A DNA stretch of 64,000 nucleotides from Lingula anatina (lineage: Eukaryota > Animalia > Brachiopoda), in NCBI GenBank assembly GCA_051362555.1, contig CM120648.1, positions 6,692,587 to 6,756,586 on the forward strand, in the 5' to 3' direction. A program made the position numbers and the translations under genes. Positions 37,889-49,767 of this stretch are shown here, piece by piece; the first letter of the stretch is position 1; each line of letters begins with the position of its first letter. The notes below the pieces were generated by a model. It had not been told where the DNA came from. It worked only from the letters and a program-made list of their open reading frames with translations, and searched no databases.

Positions 37889-39166
37889 ATACCGATGGTT
37901 TTATCCTTCTTTTCGTCCTAATATAACACGTGGGGATGACAAGAAACGCCAGGTATACCCAAAACTGCCCGCTGATCATGTAGAAGGTCATAACCTCAGG
38001 CATGTCTTGGGCGGGTCCGTTTCCTGTCATCAACTCATTTTCACAAGTTCTTATCCAGCACCATATCCCACTGGCAATTGTGGGTACGTTGTTGCCTTCG
38101 ACAGTGACAGTGTCCAGTCCAAGCCTCTTACGGCATAGAGCGACCACCACAATGAGCACTGTGATAAACGAGAAAACACAAGTAAAAGTCCACTGAAAAT
38201 TTTAAGTTCACCTAAATATTTTTGTCGGTGCCATACAAGTAAGCATGAAATTCATGAGAGTGAAACTTTCCTGAATATGATACTGTTGCAGTTTGTAGCA
38301 TTACATGCATATATACTAGATGTCCAGAAGGGGAAGTGGTTGCTATTTCAGTAGGTAAATTGCTTTTATTTTTCCTGTGCAAAAGTAAATGGCCTATCTG
38401 TACATGCCCTTTAGTGTGTTCAATGGTAATGAATTCCATAACCAAAAGTACGTTCAGTACATATGTGAAACCTAACAGTTTGTCCTTTTTCGTATATAAA
38501 GAAAATAATAAAGAAGTACGCTCAAATAATATGTTCACGGGAAATACTTATCTAGGCTTTCTTCGCCCCCAACGTGCTTATTAAACATGACCCAGGTGCT
38601 GAGATACTGATTTTAATGTAGATTTAGTGAGCATTTTAATGCACGTACATACAGGTATACTGCGTACTCGCACATGTATGTACCAGCATACTTACAATGT
38701 AATCCAGTCCCCTGTACTTACAAGGCACTCCCCAGCACAGAAGATGCTGAGCCCAGCGGTGTCTGTCCAGCCAGTACGTCCCCGTCCCCGGCACCAGGAC
38801 AGACCTGTAGACGTGCCACGCTATCAGCATGCTCCACAGGAACGACGACATCGTCGCCAAAGTTGATACAAAACTTTGCGCCTCGCAGACTGGATGAGCG
38901 TCACTGCAATTGTGATTTGTCGCATTTGGATTCAGGTGGCGATTCAGCGTCCAGCTTGCCCCCATTAGCTGACCCGTTGCCACAAAGAAATCGGCGATGG
39001 TTAAATACAGCAGCATGCGTCGGTTTGGAGTCCGGACTCTCTTCATCAGGATCCATGAGGCGAAGATGACCGAGCAGCCTCCCCAAGACAGGATACAAGT
39101 GACGATGGCGGCGATGCTGGCAATGCACTGGAAGTCGTGCACTCCACAGGTAACATTTGATGCCAT
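36947..39166 (-). CDS. GPR157-like 7TM GPCR, copy D; exons 39166-38722, 38158-37893, 37679-37473, 37234-36947
   Basis: Same motifs as copy C (RRMLLYLTIADF, IWCWIR, VPVTFLLLRIWS, GDSAQGFTNC); intact frame. Confidence 0.88.
37365..37456. repeat. (AAT)n/(AAC)n microsatellite; others include (ACATA)n ~17640-17675, (AG)n ~22403-22449, poly-A ~25352-25398, (AAT)n ~28201-28256, (AT)n ~30415-30473, (ATT)n ~49732-49765
   Basis: Simple sequence repeats seen directly. Confidence 0.9.
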
Positions 39167-40940
39167 GGTGCACAGTCGGTTCCGATGGTGATTCTGGTGA
39201 AGAAAGATGATTGCAATTTCAGTATATTTCTTTTTTGGGTTCAGGGAATGCATGTATGCCCCCCCAGACACTTAAATCAATTAATTTTTACATGTAAAAT
39301 AAAATATTAGGACAGAATCAAGATTGTGTTGCAACGTGTGGTTAGATACCCGTTGTTCTGGTGCAACAAGGAAAATTATCTGATTAAATATATGTCGCAG
39401 CCGGTTAGTTAACTGACCAGTGTTTAACTGGATAAAATATTCAAAGGTCAGTTAAATAACCGGCTGTTTAAACACTGTTTATAAAACACAATTTCAACCG
39501 TCGTTTAGTTAATGGGTGTTAGGAGAATTTATCCACTGGTCAGACTTAAACACTGGTTCGTGCTTAACGTCTTTCATGAAACTGGGCCCTGGCTATTGCG
39601 TAAGTGATTGTGACACCTGAACGGAGCCTTTGCCCTCGACAACACCCGTCAAGTGAATTCGAACTTGTGAAAGCGAGTAAAAAACACCCTGTAGTGCAAT
39701 TAGATGTTAAGACACTCAACCTCCCGAAAAGAGTGTACCGCTTGGTGTGAAAGCAGTCATACAATAAAAAACTATCAAAGAGCTGATAAAGGCTCTGAAC
39801 ATGCTACTGCAAACAGAGTATATGTCAAATCAAATCATACGGTATCATATTATATCAAAGGCTCAGTTAAGCGCACTCTGAAGTCACTATTCAAGTCTTA
39901 TTCAATAGGTTATAGAAATATTGAAATCTCAGCATTTCATTCTACTTGGTTGTCGCAAACCGATACAGGTTTCCTTTTAGTGATTGATAAGCTAGTGCAT
40001 GAACATACAAGGGCATCGCATCATCTTAAATCGTATCAGCGAATCTAAATTAAATTAATTAATCAGATGTCTGTTGCTTTAATAAGTCCTCTGTTCACAT
40101 TAAAAAAACATAATGGTGGAACATTTTGAATGGTACTTACATTGCTAGTGCGGCGTAGCTTTGTTCGATTTAAATATATCCCGATGCCGGAAGTAGTGGC
40201 ACTAGAACGAAAGCTAGACACAACAGCAGCGCTAATGAGGTCGCGTGAGTGTTGCGATAGGCAAGCGCGAGAAATGCGTCAACATTGTAACACAAAAGTA
40301 GGTCGGTATGAATTGGTGGGGGGGGGGGGGGGTTATTTTGTTTTTATTTTGTTTCCATTGCTGTGGGCTTAACATTTAATTAATTTATCATTATCATTGA
40401 TATTATCATTTTTGGTGGTGTTTCAGTTACTGCTGTCTGCAAGCAGAATTGTGAAATGATGCATTTATTCAATTATACTTTGGTACTGCCGGAAAACGGG
40501 AAATAAAAGCAGTTGGGTATACAGGGATAGTTAATTAATATTTAACCATATTATCTTAATTGTTTTACTTGTTTTGGAACCATCTTTTATCTATTCTGAA
40601 CAGGTAGGCCTATGTCTAATCACATAGACAACAAAACAAATTCAAAAGTGATAACGCGAGCAATGGGTCCACAGTCTGTTCTTTTATTTGCTTTGAGTCA
40701 TAACAGTTACATATTCCACAACACAATCGATATAATAAAACCTTGTGAACAAAACTGATAAGTCCGTGGACTATGTTTGAAATAAAAGCAATGCTTATAA
40801 TTAAGCTTTAATTTCATTATTTTACAGAAGCGACATTATTTCCTCTTCACACAATTGTACACATAGGGTTTATAAATAGAGCAAAATCTCCCCACGTGTG
40901 ATTTAGTCTGCAGGACGAATAAAATGTATACAGAAATTGA

Positions 40941-41726
40941 TCACGTATACAAGTCATACTTTTGACGCAATATCGGGGTATTTTCGCTAGTTTCGCTTTC
41001 ACTTTCGATGCCACTGTGGCTCCGACTGGTGGTCGTATCTTCGCTTATGGTGTAGTCACGTGACTCATCGTACATGACGGTGTCACGTGGTAAGTTCAGG
41101 ATGTGTGTTGGTCTCCTCCAACAACAGCTTGCGCACAAATGTCTAACGATATTATCGCGCACCCTATCGGCAAGCAGGCAGTAGATAAGGCTGTTGCCAA
41201 GGCCCTGCCCGCTGTCGCCTATAGCCTTAAAAACAAAGAAATTCTCAAATTTAAATATGTGAGATAAAACTAAAAACTTAATTGTAGAAGTTAATTTATT
41301 GTAGAATTTATTTTTTAGTATAAGATATCATTGAAGTACATTTCCTATGTCTGGATAAAATACTAAATTTTCTTTTTTTTTCACATTCCGTTTTATATCC
41401 TTTCATTTCCTTCTGTTTAAAAAAACTTCACAAAACATAAACAGGGCACAATGAAAAAGTGTTAATAAAGTAAACTATTTGAAACTGTTGTTGTCAAACA
41501 AACAATTTCTTACATGTAAAACCAAAAAGATCTTGTTAAATAGCAGTTCAAACCAGGGTTCTGTTGGTAATCCGGTGATCCAGACTGTGATGTTCGCCAC
41601 GTATCGGATGGTCCCCCAGATCCTTAACGCGATGAACATTAAAGGAACAGCCGTCATCGCGCGATGGGCCTTTTTCACGGCCTCTAAAACTATCTTATCC
41701 AGGCGGGAAGCTGACGCTTTCATGAC
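40941..41726 (-). pseudogene. GPR157-like copy E: only the last two exons (41726-41514, 41225-40941; ICL3-TM6-TM7-tail), 5' exons missing
   Basis: Near-copy of the last two exons of G with intact splice sites and ORF. Upstream similarity to G stops at the duplication breakpoint (~41865) and no TM1-TM5 exons lie before copy F. Confidence 0.75.
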
Positions 41727-41835
41727 CTACAAAGATAAAAATTGAATAATTATAATAAAAGGTTACATCGAAATATTGTTGCTGTTGGCCGAAGTGTATA
41801 AGACTAAAACAACCTTAAATAATAAACCGCAACAT

Positions 41836-41866
<31 letters not shown>

Positions 41867-41928
41867 TTATAAAAACGACATTGTTGGAACCATATTGGAA
41901 CCTCTTTATAATATTTTACACAGACTCG

Positions 41929-42090
41929 GTGTAACGAAACTGAGGGTCCCTGCAACAGAAAGTCCGCCCTCCATTTAGTTATAATGGTTAAAGTTAGACT
42001 GACCTAAGTGGGTAAAAATCTAGGGCGAGGCATACCCGTACAAATGACTGGGAAGGAGACTCAGCATGGGGACTCTCTGTCACGCTACAC
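41929..42090. mobile_element. Small imperfect-TIR element at the duplication junction
   Basis: GTGTAACGAAACTGAGGGTCCC ... GGGACTCTCTGTCACGCTACAC form imperfect inverted ends; no clear TSD. Confidence 0.45.
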
Positions 42091-43220
42091 AGGAACAAGT
42101 TTAGACTAGTACTTCAAATGCCACTGATTAAATCAATTCTTACTACTATTATATTTTACTACCTGCCCTTGAACAAATAAAACGTTATTTGTCCAAGCTC
42201 TGCCTCAGTATCGTGACCTAAAGAGGTCATGGGTCAGAAGAGAGCCCTTTGTTTTCTTCACACCAAAAGAATCAAAACTTGATCTAGGCTCTTTGCCATG
42301 TATCAATTTAGATCAATTAATGGGGCAATTAAAAGATCCCTTTTTTCACTCTTTTAAACTGCAGGCTTCTTACTTGGCGAGAAAAAAAAATCACCGATTT
42401 TGTAAAATGACGAAGATTCAGAGAAAAGTTTTGTAAGATCATTGTAAGGAGATGAGCTACAACGGGACACGTGCGCCCTTTTATTCAAAAATCAAAAATT
42501 CAAACAATAAAAACAAGATGATTGTGATGCCTATTTCAATAGACTGTCATACGCACATAGCACTGGAAAAAATATATTTCTTATCACGTTGAGATGAAAA
42601 CAAATACTGTAATGATAAGTCTATAGAAACATGTGGATCAAAGTTCAAATCATTAAAATGTGCATGATGTTATCTGAGGCCAGCAACAACCGCCTCATCT
42701 CTGTTAATATTAATGTTTTTGAAAACGTATACAAAGCATAACACTAATGTCAGAAGCTAAACTGATCTGTCCCATCAATTAAAAAAATCACTTATCACAA
42801 TTTTAAGTTACATTTAAAACCCAAGCAATATATTATGACTACTTCAACAAAGAGAGCAAAAGAAACTTTACAGTTACAGTGAGGCACGGAGTGATACTCC
42901 AGTTCTTTTTGAGTGGGTGGTGGGATGGGGGCGGGTGGAGGGATGGTAATAGAACAGAGGTGGGTGATGGGATAGAAGTGGGTGGTGGGATGGTAATGTT
43001 ATAGAGATGGGTGATGGGATAGAAGTGGGTGGTGGGAAAAGGTGAAATAACGGTGGGTGGTGGGATAGAAGTGGGCGGTGGGATAGTGACGTAATAGAAG
43101 TTGGTGGTGGGATGATGGTGGGATGGTACGCTAATAGAATAGAGGTATATGGTGGGACCGAGGTGGGTAGTCACCGAGATGATGGTGGAATAGATGCGGA
43201 TAGTGGGATGGTGCTGGGAT

Positions 43221-43500
43221 TTTTTTTAACAACGTTTATTCAAAAGAAATGAAGAAATGTTGGAGATCCATGACCGTAGAGAAATAGGGACAACTTTTCT
43301 TTTGTGTTTTAAAAGAGGTCTTTCGTTCATGTAGAATTTCATTTATTTTTTGGTAAAGGGGAGGGTACCTTAAATTGAGTGAGGGGCATCTGAAAAAGAA
43401 GTGCAGAGGAGTTTCAAGGGCACCGCAGGTGCAGTGCGGTGTGTCAATAGTAGTTCAATTATGCCTAAACAATTCTGCTCTAAATAAACACCCGACACCC
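43221..43500 (-). mobile_element. 5'-truncated non-LTR retrotransposon (LINE) 3' fragment
   Basis: 11-bp TSD GGTGCTGGGAT (43210-43220, 43501-43511); minus-strand AATAAA plus A-tail; encodes a decayed zinc-knuckle IDTPHCTCGALETPLHFFFRCP typical of LINE ORF2 C-termini; empty site at ~36474. Confidence 0.85.
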
Positions 43501-43959
43501 GGTGCTGGGATAGATGTGATTAAGGTAGTTCTTTTGGTCAGTTAAGGCTTATCGTGATAAGTTTGATTTAATCCGAAGCATCCGTCAAACTGGGTCAACT
43601 AAGGCGTAAAGGGTGGTAAAAAGGTCACCCTTTTCAGAAAATAAAAACGAACCCTGTTTTGTAATTAATAGAAACAAGCCCGTTGAGATATGCACTCTTG
43701 CACGTATGCAAATCAAACAATTAGCGAAACAAGACTGAGTGCACCATCCCCGATAGTACCCCCACCCCTGACCCCCAAGGGAACTGCCCTGGGCAACGTA
43801 ACTTGAAAGCATCGCGTATTGCGAATAGCGATATCACATAGAGGCTACAATGTATTATATGGGGCGAGTACGAGCGAGTTATGGAATCGAGACGCTTGCG
43901 CTCTGTCACAGTGAGCAATGCTTTCGAGTTACGGGCCCTGAACTGCGGGCGAACGTTTA

Positions 43960-44160
43960 GACCCCATTTCCATAGATTTTAGATCGATCTATCCCTGTGG
44001 GGAGTCTCACTAGATTACTGTCAGCTCAGCCGGCTTAAGCGTCTGTCCCGCCTACTGAAAGCTGTAAGGGGGTAATTAACTATGGTGCGCGCTCGGCTGA
44101 CTGCAATTTAGCGTGAACCCCCAGGGAGTTAGGTCGATCTAAATCTCTGGGACTACACCC
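43960..44160. mobile_element. Harbinger-like MITE just downstream of the copy F stop codon
   Basis: TTA on both flanks, imperfect inverted ends (ccatagattttagatcgatcta / taggtcgatctaaatctctggg), absent from the copy D 3' region. Confidence 0.6.
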
Positions 44161-44169
44161 TTAGGTTCA

Positions 44170-44588
44170 TTAAGTGGGGGTACTGGCATTAAAAGAAGAC
44201 CGCAGTAGCGGTTCTGTCTCTGAGTCACTTTCATGTTGGATATTCAGTTGAGCATGCATCGACCCTTTGTCTCTGTGTTGTCTTTCTCGGCGGGCGCGGG
44301 CCCACTCGCCTGGTCCTGACCTACTCGCCTCAGTTTGCGTGTCTCGTCCGTTACCTAGACGCAAGCCGAGTTTTTTCTTCAGTTCTATTCTAACGGAGTC
44401 GGTGAGTAAGCAGTACAGGACACAGTTGGTGAACCCCTGGGCGCTGTCTCCGACTGCCTGGAGATAGAGAAAATAGTTAAATACAATATTTTAGAAGTTA
44501 AATGTATATTATAGTAGACCAACACCAACATTGCATACCATGCAGAAAGAAACGCGAATTGCATGCAAGAAGGTTGTTTTCCTTTCAA

Positions 44589-44620
<32 letters not shown>

Positions 44621-45034
44621 AATAAACAGAAGCCCCATTTACCTGTATCACCAGAAACACCTGATTAAATATTACAGTATACTCAGGTGTCGGTGTCTCT
44701 TCTTCAAAGACTAGGAGGATATTGCCGACAAAACGGATGCAGCTCCACATCCGCAGCAGTAAAAATGTGACAGGCACCCAAGTCATGAGGCGGTCGGCTT
44801 CTTGAGCACTCTCAAATAACGCAGCTGGGTTGTAGAAGGAACTGTTGACCTTCATACGTAAGGGAAATGAAGACGACACTCATATATAATTTTAAAAATA
44901 CATCTCCGTATAGAACCTTTTGTATTTTGAGCAGTAGGGTTGTAATTTTTACGGTTGGTGGTTTCGTAAATGAAGTGTACGTTGAATAGGAATTTTTTTG
45001 GAATAGCGAGATACACGTGCACACAAGTACACAC

Positions 45035-45067
<33 letters not shown>

Positions 45068-46486
45068 ATACCGATGAACGTATCCTTCTTTTCGTCTGAA
45101 TATAACACGTGGGGATTACAAGAAACGCCAGGTATACCCAAAACTGCCCGGTGATCATGTAGAAAGTCATTACTGCAGGCATCTCTGGGGCGGTCCCATT
45201 TCCTTTCATCAAGTCATCTTCACAAGTTCTTATCCAACACCATATTCCACTGGCAATTGTGGGTACGTTCTTGCCTTTGACAGTGTCCAGTCCAAGCCTA
45301 CCACAACACACAGTGACCACCACAATGACCACTACGATTAAAAAAAAAACGCATGAAATAAAAGTTCACTGTAAATTTCAAGTTAATCTATATGTCGGTG
45401 ACATAAATGTAAGCAGGAGATTCATGAGAGTGAAACATTCTTGAATATGATATTGTTGCATTTTGTAACATTATCTATACACGTACCAAATGTCCGGAGA
45501 AGGAAGTGGTTGAGGTTTCTAGTTGGTAGTCTTTACTTGTAAGCAGCGCTCAGAGTAAATGTAATTGCAATGGAAAAATAAAAGCAATTTATATATTGCA
45601 ATTACATTTACTCTGAGCGCTGCTTACAAGTAAAGACTACCAAGTGGAAAAGTAAAAGCTTTATCTGCGTATGTCCTAGTATGTTCAAGGGAATTCCAAG
45701 GGAATTCCAAAACCAAAAGAACATGTACGTTGAGAAGACATTTTGTATTTTTTTTTCGCTTGTAAAGATAATAAAGAAGTACACTCAAAATAACACGTGC
45801 ACGGGGAATACACATCTTGGCTCTCTTCATCCCAAAGGTGCCTATAAAATATGTCCAGGTGATGAACTACTGATGTTGGTGTGCATTTAGTGAGCCGTAT
45901 TCGTACGTGTATTTACCAGACTGTACCAGTATACTTAAAATGTACTTAAGTGAGCCTTTTAATGCACAATTTATCCACTACGCACTGCGTACTTGTACAT
46001 GTATGTACCAGTATACTCAAGTCCTCTGTACTTACAAGGTACTCCCCAGCACAGAAGATGCTGAGCCCAGCGGTGTCTGTCCAGCCAGTACGTCCCCGTC
46101 CCCGGCACCAGGACAGACCTGTAGACGTGCCACGCTATCAGCATGCTCCACAGGAACGACGACATCGTCGCCAAAGTTGACACAAAGCTTTGCACGACGC
46201 AGACTGGATCGGGGTCCTCGCAAGAGAAATTTGTCGCTTTCGAATACAGGTGGCGGTTCAGCGTCCAGCTTGCTCCCATTAGCTGGCCCGTTGCCACAAA
46301 GAAATCGGCGATGGTTAAATACAGCAGCATGCGTCGGTTTGGAGTCCGGACTCTCTTCATCAGGATCCATGAGGCGAAGATGACCGAGCAGCCTCCCCAA
46401 GACAGGATACAAGTGACGATGGCGGCGATGCTGGCAATGCACTGGAAGTCGTGCACTCCACAGGTAGTGGTAACATTTGATGCCAT
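44170..46486 (-). CDS. GPR157-like 7TM GPCR, copy F; exons 46486-46036, 45331-45072, 44849-44643, 44457-44170
   Basis: Close paralog of copy D; intact frame and canonical splice sites. Confidence 0.88.
45523..45643. repeat. Perfect 49-bp inverted repeat with 23-nt spacer in copy F intron 1
   Basis: Arms 45523-45571 and 45595-45643 are exact reverse complements. Confidence 0.92.
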
Positions 46487-47849
46487 GGTGGTCGGTTCTG
46501 ATGGTGATTCTGATACAGAAAGATGATTGCAATTTCAGTATTTTTCTCTTTTGGGTTCGGGAAATGCACGTATGCATGCCCCCAGACACTTAAATCAATT
46601 AATTTTAACATGTAAAATAAAATATAAGAACAGAATCAAGACTGTGTTGCAACGTGTGGTTAGATACCAGTTGTTCTGGTGAAAATGTCAAAGAGCTGAT
46701 AAAGGATTTGAACATGCCACTGCAAACAGAGCATATGTCAAATCATATCATATTACATCAGAGGCTCAGTTAAGCGCATTCTGAAGTCACTGTTCTTGCT
46801 GCCTATTCCCGTTTTCACGTCTTATTCAATAGGTTATGGAAATATTGACATCTCAGCACTTCATTCTACTTCGTGGTCGCAAACCGATACAGGCTTTTTT
46901 TGAGTGGTTGATAAGCAAGTAGGGCCCACATTGAACATACAAGGGCATCGCATCATCTTCAATCGTATAAGTGAATTTCAATTAAATATGAGATTAATCA
47001 GACGTCTGTTGCTTTAACAACACTTTAAACAAAATATAATGGCGGAAGATTAATTTTGAATGGTACTTACATTGCTAGTACGGTGTAGTTCTGATTGTTA
47101 TTTAATATAACCTGATGCCGGAAGTAGTTGCACAGGAACGAAAGCAGAAACCCTAGACACAACAGCAGCGCTAATGAGATCACGTGAGTGTTTCAATAGG
47201 CAATCGTGGGATATGCGTCAACATTGCAACACAAAAGGAGGTCAGTGTAAATTTTAGGGGGGAGGGGCGTTTTTCGCTTCCATTGTTGTGGGCTTCACAT
47301 TTAATCTATTTATCATTATCATTGTTATCAGCATTTTTGGTGGTGTTTCAGTTACTGCTGTCTGAAAGCAGAATTATGAAACGCCGCATTTATTCAATTA
47401 TACTTGGTACTACATGAAAACGGGAAATAAAATAGTTTGGTGTACAGAGATAGTTTATTAATATTTAATTATATTCTCTTAATTGTTTTGCTTGTTTTGG
47501 CACAACCTTTTATCTATTATGAATAGAGATATCTGATCACATAGACAACAAAACAAAATCCAAAGTGATAACACGCGCAGTGGGTCCCTTTTATTTGCTC
47601 TAAGTCATAACAGTTACATATTCCACAACACAATCAATATAATAAAACCTTGTGAACAAAACTGATAAGTCCGTGGACTATGTTTGAAATAAAAGCAATG
47701 CTTATAATTAAACTTTAATTTCAGTATTTTACAGAAGCGACATTATTTTCTCTTCACACAATTGTACACAAAGGGTTTATAAATAGAGCAAAATCTCCCC
47801 ACGTGTGATTTAGTCTGCAGAACGAATAAAATGAAAAGAGAAAAAATGA

Positions 47850-49730
47850 TTAAGTATACAAGTCATACTTCTGACGCAATATGGGAGCATTTTCACTAGT
47901 TTCGCTTTCGCTGCCACTATGACTGGTGGTCGTATCTTCGCTTATGGTGTAGTCACGTGACTCATCGTACATGGAGGTGTCACGTGGTAAGTTTAGGCTG
48001 TACCGCAGTCCTGTTTCTCTCCTCCAACAGCAGCTTGCGCATAAATGTCTAAAGATATTATCGCGCACCCTATCGGCAAGCAAGCAGTAGATTAAGCTGT
48101 TCCCAAGGCCCTGCCCGCTGTCGCCTATGGCCTTAAAAACAAAGAGGACCCCAAATGTAAATATGTGAGAGAAAACTAAAAAACTTTATCATAATAGAAT
48201 GCGGTACAAGATATCACTGACGTACATTACTTTTGCTAGGATAAAATGCTTAATTTTCTTTTTTTTACTCAAATTCCGTCTCATGTCCTTATTTCCCCGG
48301 GTTTGACTACTTTCTTCCTATTTTCAGTACTTATCAAATTATTATTAAAAGTACTTATCAAAATATAAACAGCACACCATCAAAAAAACCTGTCATTCCT
48401 AAGGAAAAAGTATAAAGTAAATCATTCGAAACTTATGGTGTCAAACAAATAACTACTTACATGTAAAACCAAAAAGATCTTGTTAAACAGCACTTCAAAC
48501 CACGGTTCTGTTGATGATCCGGTGATCCAGACTGTGATGTTCGCCACGTACCGGATGGTCCCCCAGATCCTTAACGCGATGAACATTAAAGGAACAGCCG
48601 TCATCGCGCGGTGGGCCTTCTTTACGGCCTCTAAAACTGCCTTATCCAGACGGGAAGCTGACGCTTTCAGGACCTACAAAGATAAAAATTGAATCATTTT
48701 AATTAAAATAAAAGGTTACACTGAAATTATTGTTGCTGTTGGCGTCAAGACTAAAACAACCTTAAATGATTTATTTATTTATTTATTTATTTATTTATCT
48801 ATTTATTTATTTATTTAAGAGTAAGGAGGAAAGAGTGGATCTTGTGGTGCTACCAAAATAACCTTGTAATTATGGAACCAAACGTTCTTCGGACAATAAA
48901 ATCGTTTCGGCAGGTTTAGTACAGTAAAATATCCAATATACCTTGGACAAATAAACCATTCCATATTTATTCATGTGGCATGTCTTATGATTTGAATGTG
49001 AAGAAACTGTAATGTTATTACGACACAGGCTTTCACGGGCAGAAACAAAGCATAGAAATGCCAGGCTCTGCAATAACAAAAGCCCGTCAAAGCCTATACT
49101 CACCGTGCGCTGCAACTTCCCCTTTATGTTGAAGTAAATGGTCGGCACCACAATATACGCCACCATCTCCCAGCCCTTCCCAGTGAGCAGCGTGAGGAAC
49201 ACCACTAGGCCCCAGTGCAGCTCATCGCCTTCACAGATTTTAATCCAGCACCAACCAGCGGTACTTCCACGCAGAAGATCCTCTTTACTTCCACTGTAAC
49301 TGCCCCCTTCAAATGCTGCATTTTCGGCATGTCCGTCAACAGCAACAACGACGGTGTTGTCTTGTCTTGGTTTGGTGGCATCTAGCGAAGGGTATGCTGT
49401 TTCATGGTAAAAAAAGGTCATCGACATATTTGGTGACACTGTCGTTGTTTTTGGAATCAACGAAGTGTGGTTTTCCGAGCTTTGCCAGTAGCCAAGTTTG
49501 CCATCTGCTGCTGCGGCCGTAAGTATCAACACTAAAATAATAAAATTTATTTAATAAGGAATGATGTTATTGATCATTGCAATAATAGAAATATAAGTAA
49601 CAAAACGAATGAACAAACCAATGATTAAACAATGTGTTAGAATCAAGTTGCTTATTTTATCGAATCACTGTAACTCTGATGCAAAATGGCGCATTTGCAC
49701 GTCTTGCTGAGTGTATGCAATGTCACCATG

Positions 49731-49767
<37 letters not shown>

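Larger units (their letters stand above)
33212..48815. repeat. Tandem segmental duplication: ~33212-41865 versus ~42092-48815 (copies D+E versus F+3' half of G)
   Basis: Colinear noncoding and coding similarity from cttcaaatgccactg.ttaaatcaattct (33231/42112) to the (ATTT)n tract (41835-41865/48770-48815). Confidence 0.92.

Noticed and set aside
31426-46589. Long antisense and alternate-frame ORFs over GPCR exon 1 in C, D and F
   Set aside because: These are shadow ORFs of GC-rich coding exons; starts and ends differ among copies.
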